Assembly (NCBI GenBank): GCA_001003475.1
Contig: LCPF01000005.1
Coordinates: 5,486-67,512, forward strand
DNA from: Candidatus Jorgensenbacteria bacterium GW2011_GWA1_48_11
GTDB lineage: Bacteria; Patescibacteriota; Minisyncoccia; UBA6257; GWB1-50-10
Length of the DNA: 62,027 bases
Direction of reading: 5' to 3'
Positions within the stretch are counted from its first letter, which is position 1. Each line of letters opens with the position of its first letter. The position numbers and the translations under genes are program-made. The notes below the pieces were generated by a model. It ran no database searches, had not been told where the DNA came from, and saw nothing but the letters and a program-made list of their open reading frames with translations. This document shows, piece by piece, positions 34,962-43,698 of the stretch.

Positions 34962-36695
34962 TCACGCAACTTCTGATTGATAGCACTGCTCGCAATAGAC
35001 GATTTCTTTCCTGTCCGATGAATAGGGAGTTTCAAATTCGTTGGAGCAGTGACGAGAACCATGGAAATGTTTAACGGTATTCCGATAGCCCCCGCCTTCG
35101 GCCGCTTCGCCGCCACAGCGGCAATTACTTTTCCATAAACGATTGGGACCGCGCGCCGTAAATCTGCGGCTATGCCGGCAGTCGGGACAGAACCGCGGCA
35201 ACGGAATTTCCAGTTTCTTATAAAAATCAAATTCATTGGGAATGATGAGATAATTTTTCTTGCAATTCAGGCAACTAAAAACCTGCCCGGGCACGTCAAG
35301 ATCGCCGATATCTTTTATCGAATCGGGAATTTTATCCCAAGAAACCGTTTCTTTGCCGTAAGTGCCGCGCGGATAATCCTCCCATTTGTAGCCTTTGTCC
35401 GCCGCCTCATCTTTGATCAACGGAAACTGTTCAATCGCCGCTGATTCGTTATAACCGAAAGTGCTTACGTCCGCTGGGAAAAATTCGCCGTATTCCCCTC
35501 TTTTTTTCATGTCTTCAATGATCCGATTTTTCAACCTATCGTAAGAATCTTTATCGTATTGCTTGTTCAAAATGCAGCGATTCTTATTGCGAAGGCCGAT
35601 TGAACCAAAGCAATTATTCGAATCGAAACAATAAAAAGAGTAACTCATGAAAGTACACGTCCAACAAGTGCTCGAACAAATATAATTTGCCGTATCGATG
35701 CCGCAATTCATCGAATTGTAAATCATCTCGGCGCCCCGGCCGGCTGTATCGCAATCGACGCAATCCTTAGCGTTACGCCAGATATGGACGCCGTATTTGG
35801 AATTTTCGGCGTCATAGCAGTGGAAACAATAACGGCAGCTTTTGGCATTGTTGATGTAATTACCGCTGCAACCGGGCGCCATCACGATTTCGGCAAATTT
35901 ACGGGGTTGAACGGCGATAAATTCCCGGAATTTTTTTCCCATTTCTTGAACACCGTTATAAGTATCTAACCCGGCTTCAGCCAAAAATTTCTCGTATTCG
36001 GCTTTAGTTTTCTGCTCATTCCAAATGCAATATTTTTTCTGTCGTAAATTAACGCAGCCGATGCAATCGGAACAGCCGCGACAATCCAACAAAAAATAGC
36101 CGTCATTGCAGTTCTCGCAACCCTTGCTGTAGAAAAGGCGGTAAGAACCGTAGCAATCGTCGCTTTCATAAGAAAGCTCGGTTTTGTGGGAAAAAGAGAC
36201 ATCAATAAGGTCCTTGCACTCCTGAATCCAGTAACAATGAGTGCAGTTTTCGTTATTCGAAGACTCAACGATCATGTAGCAATTCTTGTTGTCGGCAGAA
36301 ATATTGACGTATTCGGAATTCACGCTCCGAACATAGATGAGCGAAAGTTTGGGAATTTCTTTCCACAAATCCTCAAATTGACCGAAAAAAGACTTCTCGG
36401 GATCATAATCACGGCCGCAATCAACGGGATTCCATTTGTCCGAAAACCAGCAATCGTGACAATAAACCGTGTAGGGCTTATTCGGACTGTACATCGAAAT
36501 ATGCTCCTTACCGCACAAATCACACTTGCGCTTATAGAAAACGCGCTCGTTTCGGAACATTAATCTTCTTTGCGCCCGGCAAAGCGGGCACATTTTCGGC
36601 GCTGGTACGCCGAACTTGTCATAGAAAGCGAAATCATCGGTTTCTACCCGAAAATCCTGACGGCACTGAAAGCATTTTTTAATTTCGTTTCTCAT
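34962..36695 (-). CDS. Cys-rich multi-zinc-ribbon repeat protein, array member P1
   Basis: 577 aa with 43 Cys (hand count). Contains CFQCRQDF..FYDKFGVPAPKMCPLCRAQRR, CDLCGKE..VYCHDCW, two L-R-x-K-x-x-C-I-x-N modules, and CLNCKKNY..FYKKLEIPLPRFCPDCR. The tail is EIVYCEQCYQSEVA. Confidence 0.85.
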   Translation of the reverse strand: MRNEIKKCFQCRQDFRVETDDFAFYDKFGVPAPKMCPLCRAQRRLMFRNERVFYKRKCDLCGKEHISMYSPNKPYTVYCHDCWFSDKWNPVDCGRDYDPEKSFFGQFEDLWKEIPKLSLIYVRSVNSEYVNISADNKNCYMIVESSNNENCTHCYWIQECKDLIDVSFSHKTELSYESDDCYGSYRLFYSKGCENCNDGYFLLDCRGCSDCIGCVNLRQKKYCIWNEQKTKAEYEKFLAEAGLDTYNGVQEMGKKFREFIAVQPRKFAEIVMAPGCSGNYINNAKSCRYCFHCYDAENSKYGVHIWRNAKDCVDCDTAGRGAEMIYNSMNCGIDTANYICSSTCWTCTFMSYSFYCFDSNNCFGSIGLRNKNRCILNKQYDKDSYDRLKNRIIEDMKKRGEYGEFFPADVSTFGYNESAAIEQFPLIKDEAADKGYKWEDYPRGTYGKETVSWDKIPDSIKDIGDLDVPGQVFSCLNCKKNYLIIPNEFDFYKKLEIPLPRFCPDCRHSRRFTARGPNRLWKSNCRCGGEAAEGGGYRNTVKHFHGSRHCSNEFETPYSSDRKEIVYCEQCYQSEVA

Positions 36696-36734
36696 GCGAT
36701 TTCCGCGTTATCCTTCAACGTAGCTCAGGATCAA

Positions 36735-38528
36735 TCAGACGACCTCTGATTGATAGCATTGTTCGCAATATACAATTTCCGGCCGGTCCGGCGCATAGGA
36801 CGTCTGTACCGTGTTCGGACAAGGGCCGTCACCGTGGAAATGTTTCACCGTGTTCATATATCCTCCTTTGTCCGATTTCGCGCCGCCGCACTCGCACATC
36901 CGGTCAAAAAGCTTTCGCGGCAAGAGCTTCGCCACGCGGTCCTTATGGCGCTGGAGCGGTGCGCGGCGCGGGAGCGGCAAACCCATTCGCCGGTAGAACG
37001 CGAGTTCCATCGGAATTATTTTATACGGCTTCGCACTTACTTCGCATTTCAAAACCTTCTCCAGCACATCATCCTTCACGTCCTTAATGTCATCAGAGAT
37101 TTCATACTCCGAAAACTGCACATTCATTTCCGATTCGTAGTCGCTCCACGTATAACCTTGCGCAAGTGCCTCATCACGTGTGAGTAGGTAATAGTCCATC
37201 GCCGCGGTTTCGTTGTATCCAAAAAGTGAGAGGTCGGCCGGGAAAAATTCTCCGTAACGATACTCCCTGCCGAGCATATCCACGTAGGGCACCTTCATCA
37301 TTTGGTCGCGTATCTCCGCAACTTTTGTGCGGTATTCTTCTTCCGAGTATTGTTTATTCAATATGCAGTTTTTCTTATTCCGAAGCCCCACGCATCCAAA
37401 ACAATCCTCACAATCCGCAATCGCAAAACAGTACTCCAAATTAAAGGAGTGGGCCTGTTTCAGTGGGTCCGTCCCCATACAATAAGAAACAAATTTGGAA
37501 TTGTAGACTCCTCCCCCACTTGAACATTCGTAGCTAAGCTCTGCGGCACCGTGGGAAGTTTCGTCATAACTATCCTTTATCCACCCTGAGATGAAGAGGA
37601 ATTTTGAATCTTCCACTTTCTCACTATCGAACACGTAGCGTGCATTTTTAGACTCGTTGATGTTGTTGCCTGTCGAGTTTACCGACTTGAAAATCGCGCT
37701 GTAACGACGTGGTATCGAGTGCCATACTGGCGTAGCTTTTTCCCGCAACTCCGCTGCTGCGGTATGCGACGAGATCGGGTGTGCCTTAAAAAAATCATCA
37801 TATTCCTTTTGGGAAACCTGCTTGTTGAAGAGTACGTATTTCTTATTTCGAAGACCCGCACTTCCGATGACGTTTGTGCAGTTGCGGCAATCGATGGAGA
37901 AAAACACGTCCTGACAGTCAAAACAATCACGCGAGAAAAACACGCGATAGCATCGCATACATCCGATATTTTCGTAACAAAACTCACTATTCAAAAGCCA
38001 GTGATTATCAAAGGAATCCTTCCCGTATAGTTCGTAAGTGTTGTATGCGGAATCTTGGTTGTAATGGCCTCCAACATTCAGATAGCAATTTTTGTCGTCC
38101 GTTTCCTGGTTCACCCAATCACTGTTCACCACATTCCCGTTATACATGGAAACGTGGGGCACCAAATGGAGTAGCTTCTTGTACTGAGCGAAGAACGGCC
38201 GCTGCGGATCAAAATCCATTCCGTATGAAAGCACGTCCCATTTGTCCGAGTGCCAACAGTCACGGCAGTACGTGGGATATGGCTTGTCGGGCGAGATACG
38301 CGATACCACTTCTTTCCCGCATAGATCACACTTCCGTTTGTAGAGCGAGCGCTCATTCCGAAACGCAATTCGCCGTTTCTCGCGACACTCGGGGCAAAAC
38401 GTCGGCGGCGGCACTTGGATTTTTTCATAAAACGCGAAGTCTTCCGGTTCGATGACGAATGAACCATGACAGTTTTGACAGGTCGAAGACACTGAGCCTG
38501 TCGAATGTGTTTTAGTTTCAGAATTCAT
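36735..38528 (-). CDS. Cys-rich multi-zinc-ribbon repeat protein, P2
   Basis: 597 aa. CQNCHGSFVIEPEDFAFYEKIQVPPPTFCPECR and CDLCGKE..TYCRDCW. The tail is EIVYCEQCYQSEVV. The C-proximal ribbon has lost its Cys residues (LPRRAPLQRH). Confidence 0.85.
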   Translation of the reverse strand: MNSETKTHSTGSVSSTCQNCHGSFVIEPEDFAFYEKIQVPPPTFCPECREKRRIAFRNERSLYKRKCDLCGKEVVSRISPDKPYPTYCRDCWHSDKWDVLSYGMDFDPQRPFFAQYKKLLHLVPHVSMYNGNVVNSDWVNQETDDKNCYLNVGGHYNQDSAYNTYELYGKDSFDNHWLLNSEFCYENIGCMRCYRVFFSRDCFDCQDVFFSIDCRNCTNVIGSAGLRNKKYVLFNKQVSQKEYDDFFKAHPISSHTAAAELREKATPVWHSIPRRYSAIFKSVNSTGNNINESKNARYVFDSEKVEDSKFLFISGWIKDSYDETSHGAAELSYECSSGGGVYNSKFVSYCMGTDPLKQAHSFNLEYCFAIADCEDCFGCVGLRNKKNCILNKQYSEEEYRTKVAEIRDQMMKVPYVDMLGREYRYGEFFPADLSLFGYNETAAMDYYLLTRDEALAQGYTWSDYESEMNVQFSEYEISDDIKDVKDDVLEKVLKCEVSAKPYKIIPMELAFYRRMGLPLPRRAPLQRHKDRVAKLLPRKLFDRMCECGGAKSDKGGYMNTVKHFHGDGPCPNTVQTSYAPDRPEIVYCEQCYQSEVV

Positions 38529-38558
38529 GGAATTTCAATATTATGCTAATAACAAAAC

Positions 38559-40253
38559 TTACTCGAATTCTGCCCTATATTCATCAATGCTCCAAACTTT
38601 TCCGGGAGCATCGGGTGAATAAGAACTCATTATCGTTTTTCTCGATTTATCGCTTTTCCGTTCATAAAAATGGTAAGAAGTGGCCATTTTATGCCGCCTT
38701 TCGTTCCTTTCAAAGAAAGATTCTCTTGGAAGCGGAATCTTGTGTTTTCTGTAAAAGTTCAATTCCCTCTCAATAATTCGGTATTTTCTGGCTGATGATT
38801 TCGAAAGGATTGTTTTATTTAAAATATCATCACTAACGTCAAAAATACTATCGGGTAAATTCTCAGCCGATACGAAATCATCGGAATCTTCCATTTGAAC
38901 CGGCTCTGCCCAACGAAAGTTTTCATTCAATGCGTCTTCTTTAGTCAAGGGGTAAAGGGATTGAGCAGCGCTATCGTTATAGGGAAAATAAGAAAGCTCA
39001 AGGGGCGGATGATCGCCGAAAACGTATTTCTTCCCAAGCTTATCAACGTACGGCATGTCGTCCATATGCCGCTTAATTCTTGGCAAAAGATCAAAATATT
39101 CTTCTTTGGTATATTGCTTGTTCAAAATACAATATTGGGCATCTTTCAGACCGCTACAACCAAAACAATTCTTACTCCTATTTACGTGATTAAGATAACA
39201 AGAGTCCTGGCAATACCAGGCCCACAGGCTGCCGACGATATTCGAAGAAAAAGCTACGACGCTCGAATCGTATACTAATTCCGATCCCCCTCCCGCATCA
39301 GTATCCTGCATGTCTTTTGCGCCATCGGAATGATCGCCGTATTTATAGTTCTCGCTGTTCAGGGTTATAAAACAGTATTTGCAGTTGCGGCTGTTGTATA
39401 CCAGATCACCAAAACAATCATTGCAACCAACCATACGCAAAGCTTTTCTGGGTTGATCCCACAAAATCGGTTCAAGTTCTTTTTTCGCCCGTTCCGTCCC
39501 GGAATAAGTGTGAAGCGCATATTGCTTCATTATTCCTTCATAACGTTCCTTACCTATTGGTTTATTCCGGAAACAATAAGATTTGCCCCGCAAACCGGTA
39601 CACATGAAACAGTCATTGCAATTTTTGCAATCGTAACAAAAAGCACAATCGGAACATCCCGTCGATTCGTAAACGTAACGGCATTGATAACAATGCTCGG
39701 TATTGACCGTTTCATAATTACCCTCGTCTTTACCAAAACTCGTATGGACATCAATAAGATCTTTACCGCTCACCGCATAGAATGAATACATGACATTTTC
39801 CAGCTTCCAGGCCGTTATAACCAGATAACAGTCCTTACTCATGGACAAATCGTTACTGTACATGCAATTCACACTCAAAAGGCCATCATCCGTATCTGTC
39901 GACGGCTTGGGAACATTTCGTAGAAGCTCCGCGTACTGGGCAAAAAAGGGTTTCGAAAAATCGTATGCCTGACCGTAATCAAAAGCATTCCATTTATCGG
40001 AATGCCATTCCTTGGGTGAATATAGCTTAATTCCAGAATCTGGTGCGTAAACCGAGATCACCGAAGCACCCGTCAAGTCAGATTTCCGTTTATAAAGGTT
40101 GACCAGGTTCCGCCAACCCGAACGGCGTTGCCGACGACACTCCCAGCAAAAAGTTGGAGCCGGAACTTTCATTTTCTCATAGAACCCAAAATCTTCAGGT
40201 TCTATCACGAACGATTGTTTGCAGTTTTGGCATCGGCGGGTTTCCTGATTCAT
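38559..40253 (-). CDS. Cys-rich multi-zinc-ribbon repeat protein, P3 (C-terminal ribbons degenerate)
   Basis: The start MNQETRRCQNC overlaps the P4 stop (ATGA). The second ribbon is lost (SDLTGAS...LYSPKEW). The C-terminal tail has no Cys (KVWSIDEYRAEFE). Confidence 0.8.
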   Translation of the reverse strand: MNQETRRCQNCKQSFVIEPEDFGFYEKMKVPAPTFCWECRRQRRSGWRNLVNLYKRKSDLTGASVISVYAPDSGIKLYSPKEWHSDKWNAFDYGQAYDFSKPFFAQYAELLRNVPKPSTDTDDGLLSVNCMYSNDLSMSKDCYLVITAWKLENVMYSFYAVSGKDLIDVHTSFGKDEGNYETVNTEHCYQCRYVYESTGCSDCAFCYDCKNCNDCFMCTGLRGKSYCFRNKPIGKERYEGIMKQYALHTYSGTERAKKELEPILWDQPRKALRMVGCNDCFGDLVYNSRNCKYCFITLNSENYKYGDHSDGAKDMQDTDAGGGSELVYDSSVVAFSSNIVGSLWAWYCQDSCYLNHVNRSKNCFGCSGLKDAQYCILNKQYTKEEYFDLLPRIKRHMDDMPYVDKLGKKYVFGDHPPLELSYFPYNDSAAQSLYPLTKEDALNENFRWAEPVQMEDSDDFVSAENLPDSIFDVSDDILNKTILSKSSARKYRIIERELNFYRKHKIPLPRESFFERNERRHKMATSYHFYERKSDKSRKTIMSSYSPDAPGKVWSIDEYRAEFE

Positions 40254-41956
40254 GCGATTTCCTTGAGATAACACTGGCGGCAAAAGACTTTTGCGGCTTC
40301 TTCCTCGTTATAAGGCGACTCCATGCTCTTGCCGCAACCGGCGCAGACGCGCGGATTACGGCTGTTATCTTTTACCCAGATATTGAGTTTCTCATTTATC
40401 CGGCAATGGGGGCATTCCCGCGACAAAGGCACGTTCATCTGCCGATGGAAAGCCAATTCCATTTCTATTATCCGGTAGGCCCGGCCGCAATTCGAACAAG
40501 CAATCTTTTCCTTAAGAATCGAATCCGGCGTTTCTTTTATGTGATCCGGCAGATCGGCGGCTTTGATGGTCCTTTCGTACTCGCTCTGCTCACTTTCCCA
40601 CCAGCCGTATTTTTTCGCCAAGGTTTCGTTTTTCGTCAAAGGAAAAAAATTCTGGGCCAGCGTCACATTATAAGCATAAGGCGAAAATTCCGGCGGGAAA
40701 AATTCGCCGTAGCGATATACATTCCCCCGAGCATCAACAAAAGGCTTATCATTCATTTGTTCAATGATCCTGGCTCTAAGTTTTTCGAAATCTTCCTTCG
40801 AATACTGTTTGTTGAAAATGCAATAATTTCCCCTCTTCACCGAAACGCAGCCAAAGTGATGGGCGCCGCCCGTTGAAGACTTGCAATATTGGGCATCAGA
40901 AAGATTAGTCCCCAGCTCATGAGAAAAGAATACGAGCGTCGAATTCTCGCCGAGTACGCCGCTTTCGTAAGAAAGTGAGAGGTTGTCGCCCCACATCGAA
41001 ACGTCATAACAGTCCTTATTGGAGGGCCCCCACATCCGGAATAAGTAACGGCAGTCCTCGGCGTTATAAACCTCAATGCAATCTTTGGCGTTCTTGGAAA
41101 AGAAAACGTTAGGCCCCGTGCAATTTTCGGCGAATTCATTGTATTCGGACTTGGGTATCTGCGTTTGCCAATGCTTTTCCGCTTTTTCTTGAACTGTCTT
41201 GTAAACCTTATAAGAGCCCAGATCGTACTTCCCTATTTCTTTGAAATAATCCTCCTTTGAATATGGCTTGTTAAAAATATAATATTTCTTGTTTTTCAGG
41301 TTGGCCGAGCCGAAACAGTTCTGGCAATTTTGGCAATCGCGGCAAAAAACGCAATCGACCGATTCGGAAAGCTGGTGACGCGAACCGATGCAACGATTTG
41401 TCTTATAAGAATGCATCGAATCATAACCCATTTGACTCTCCATTATGGCCGTACAGTCAAACATCGTCTGACTGTAACCAATGTAATAGCCGTAAGCGCA
41501 ATCTTCATTGTAATTTGCCTGGAATAAAAGATAGCAATTCTTCGAATGACCGATGTCGTGATTGAAAGGCGAATTTTGAACGGTTACCAGGTCAGCCGAT
41601 AAGCCCAAAAGCGGAACCTCATGCCACAATTCGTTCAACTGCTCGAAAAAGGGTCGACCGAAATCATAGTTGCGGCCATAAGATAAGGGATCCCAATTAT
41701 CAGACCACCAGCAGCTGGGACAATAAACTTTGTAAGGCACATCTGACGGATAAACGGAAATGTTGAGTTTATGGCATAGATCGCAGGTTCGCCGATAAAG
41801 GGTTATCGGATTCCAAAAAAGCAACCGCCGCTGGAACCGGCAATCCGGACAAAAAGTCGGCGGCGGGACTTGGATTTTCCCGTAGAAATCGAAATCCTCG
41901 GGATCGATGACGAAATCTCGTTTACAATTCTGGCATTGGCGAGTTTCTTTGTTCAT
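40250..41956 (-). CDS. Cys-rich multi-zinc-ribbon repeat protein, P4
   Basis: MNKETRQCQNCKRDF..FCPDCR, CDLCHK..VYCPSCW, and the shorter tail CAGCGKSMESPYNEEEAAKVFCRQCYLKEIA. Confidence 0.85.
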   Translation of the reverse strand: MNKETRQCQNCKRDFVIDPEDFDFYGKIQVPPPTFCPDCRFQRRLLFWNPITLYRRTCDLCHKLNISVYPSDVPYKVYCPSCWWSDNWDPLSYGRNYDFGRPFFEQLNELWHEVPLLGLSADLVTVQNSPFNHDIGHSKNCYLLFQANYNEDCAYGYYIGYSQTMFDCTAIMESQMGYDSMHSYKTNRCIGSRHQLSESVDCVFCRDCQNCQNCFGSANLKNKKYYIFNKPYSKEDYFKEIGKYDLGSYKVYKTVQEKAEKHWQTQIPKSEYNEFAENCTGPNVFFSKNAKDCIEVYNAEDCRYLFRMWGPSNKDCYDVSMWGDNLSLSYESGVLGENSTLVFFSHELGTNLSDAQYCKSSTGGAHHFGCVSVKRGNYCIFNKQYSKEDFEKLRARIIEQMNDKPFVDARGNVYRYGEFFPPEFSPYAYNVTLAQNFFPLTKNETLAKKYGWWESEQSEYERTIKAADLPDHIKETPDSILKEKIACSNCGRAYRIIEMELAFHRQMNVPLSRECPHCRINEKLNIWVKDNSRNPRVCAGCGKSMESPYNEEEAAKVFCRQCYLKEIA

Positions 41957-43698
41957 ACGATTTCGCTGTTGTAACACTGCTCGCAATAAACATTTTTGAA
42001 TGTTGCCGGATCATGAGCTGACTGGATTTTAATTCCGCATTTTATGCACTTTCTCTCATAAAAAGTCATACTGATATCATATACTTCCCGAAAACGCTTT
42101 AATCGCACCGTTGGATGCTCGCGGGTCAAAGCAATATTATGACGTCTGTAGAAATCCAATTCGTATTTCATGACCCGGAATGGTTTCTGGTTTTTCTCAT
42201 CGAAAATTATCTTGTCCAAAATATCATCTTTCACGTCCTTAATGCGATTCGGTAACTCTGACGACGTTATTATCTCTCCCTTAGTTTCGCTTTCCGGCAC
42301 CGGCGTTTCCGAAACATCATAACCGCATTTTCCGGCATTTTCATAATCGCTAAAACCGGGATAAGAATTGGCAAATGAAAGTTTATAGGGCACCGTCATC
42401 AATTCGGGCGGGAAGAACTCGCCGTATAATCCATTTTTAAGCATACCCGTCTTGATGTCGTCAACAATATTCCAATAATCATCTTCCGTATACTGCTTGT
42501 TAAGGACGCAGAACGATTTATTGTCCAGACCGATACAGCCAAAACAATCATGGCAGTTTTTGCAAAGATCGCAATATTCCATATTTCTACTGTTGTCAAT
42601 TTGCGAAGAAAAAAAGACGCGATAGTTATTGGCGGTACTAACAGTACTAAGTTCATAGCAAAGTTCGCCGCCGCCGCCGCCAAAAAGGTCGTATGAATCC
42701 TTATAGCCAAAACAACCCAAAGAATAATTAACGTTATCGCTGTTATAAAGAAAACCGCTGAAATAACAATTGCGAGAATTCTCCAGCCAATCGCCGTAGC
42801 AATTGACCGATCGAAAATTGTGATCCGGCTTGTAATGCGCGTCTTCCTTCAATTTTCCGTATTCCTGAAGCAAGTCTTCCAATTTGCGGAAATCACCCAA
42901 GTTAATAGATTTTAACTTTTCATAATATTCTTCCGGCGAATAAGATTGATTGCGGAAATAGAACTTTTTATTCCTCAGGCCCGAGGACATAAAACAGTGA
43001 CTGCAATTGCGGCAATCAAAAAGAAAAAAGTTCTCCAGGCAATTTTTTGATTGCTCACAAAATAAACAACGAAATGAATCATAAAGCGCCTGGGACCGAT
43101 AACAATTGTCGCAATTCCATAAACTGTCGCAATCAACGCAATCCCGGCTGCCATCGCAACATTGAAAATAATAAAGGTTTTCCCCGCTTAAAGTGTCAAA
43201 AGTCAGATAACAATTCTTAAGATGGGTGGACATATTCGAATAATCGCTGTTGAAATTAGTCGAATCAGTCACAAGATTGGGACGCGGCATCGCAAGTTGA
43301 AGACCGCGGAAATTCCCGAAAAAATCCTGCGATTCATCCCAAACCCGCCCATAACCGAACGGATCCCACTCATTCGAGAACCAAACCTGGTGTTCAAAAA
43401 TCTTATGCGGTGTTCCGGGCGGATAAGCGGCGAGAACCTGCTTTCCGGAAAAAGCGGATTTTACCCAAAATAGATTGTAAGAATTTTGATAAGAGGCGCG
43501 CCGCCGCCACCGTTCTTTCGTTTTTATCGTCGGCAACGGCACTTTTAGTTTCTTATAAAAACCTATATCTTCCGGCCGAACGTAAAATTTTTCGCCGGAA
43601 AAGCGGCAAATTCGCCATTGCCCGCCTTGTTCATCAAGTTTCAAACCGGCGAAATAATCATTAATGGCTTTATCAAATTTGGGAGTTTTTGAGGTCAT
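41953..43698 (-). CDS. Cys-rich repeat protein, P5 (N-terminal ribbons degenerate)
   Basis: The module backbone is kept (FYVRPEDIGFYKKLKVPLPT), but the CxxC pairs are replaced (CRFSGEKF, IKTKERW, SAFSGKQ, IFEHQVW). The tail is KCIKCG...VYCEQCYNSEIV. Confidence 0.8.
   Translation of the reverse strand: MTSKTPKFDKAINDYFAGLKLDEQGGQWRICRFSGEKFYVRPEDIGFYKKLKVPLPTIKTKERWRRRASYQNSYNLFWVKSAFSGKQVLAAYPPGTPHKIFEHQVWFSNEWDPFGYGRVWDESQDFFGNFRGLQLAMPRPNLVTDSTNFNSDYSNMSTHLKNCYLTFDTLSGENLYYFQCCDGSRDCVDCDSLWNCDNCYRSQALYDSFRCLFCEQSKNCLENFFLFDCRNCSHCFMSSGLRNKKFYFRNQSYSPEEYYEKLKSINLGDFRKLEDLLQEYGKLKEDAHYKPDHNFRSVNCYGDWLENSRNCYFSGFLYNSDNVNYSLGCFGYKDSYDLFGGGGGELCYELSTVSTANNYRVFFSSQIDNSRNMEYCDLCKNCHDCFGCIGLDNKSFCVLNKQYTEDDYWNIVDDIKTGMLKNGLYGEFFPPELMTVPYKLSFANSYPGFSDYENAGKCGYDVSETPVPESETKGEIITSSELPNRIKDVKDDILDKIIFDEKNQKPFRVMKYELDFYRRHNIALTREHPTVRLKRFREVYDISMTFYERKCIKCGIKIQSAHDPATFKNVYCEQCYNSEIV

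Noticed and set aside
34957-34981. A TGA within a hairpin, followed by a conserved in-frame tail, could be a selenocysteine (SECIS) site in Cys-rich proteins P1 and P2.
   Set aside because: Bacterial SECIS hairpins begin downstream of the UGA, whereas here the UGA is in the 3' arm. Eight other members end at the homologous position without such a structure. No Sec machinery is visible in the window.
36054-36083. C-x2-C-x2-C-x2-C strings (for example CRGCSDCIGC in P1) resemble ferredoxin-type 4Fe-4S motifs.
   Set aside because: These cysteines are freely replaced by Ser or Asn in other members (CRNSSNCFMSS, CRNCTNVIGS). The ferredoxin C-x3-C-P continuation is absent. A fixed Fe-S site is unlikely.
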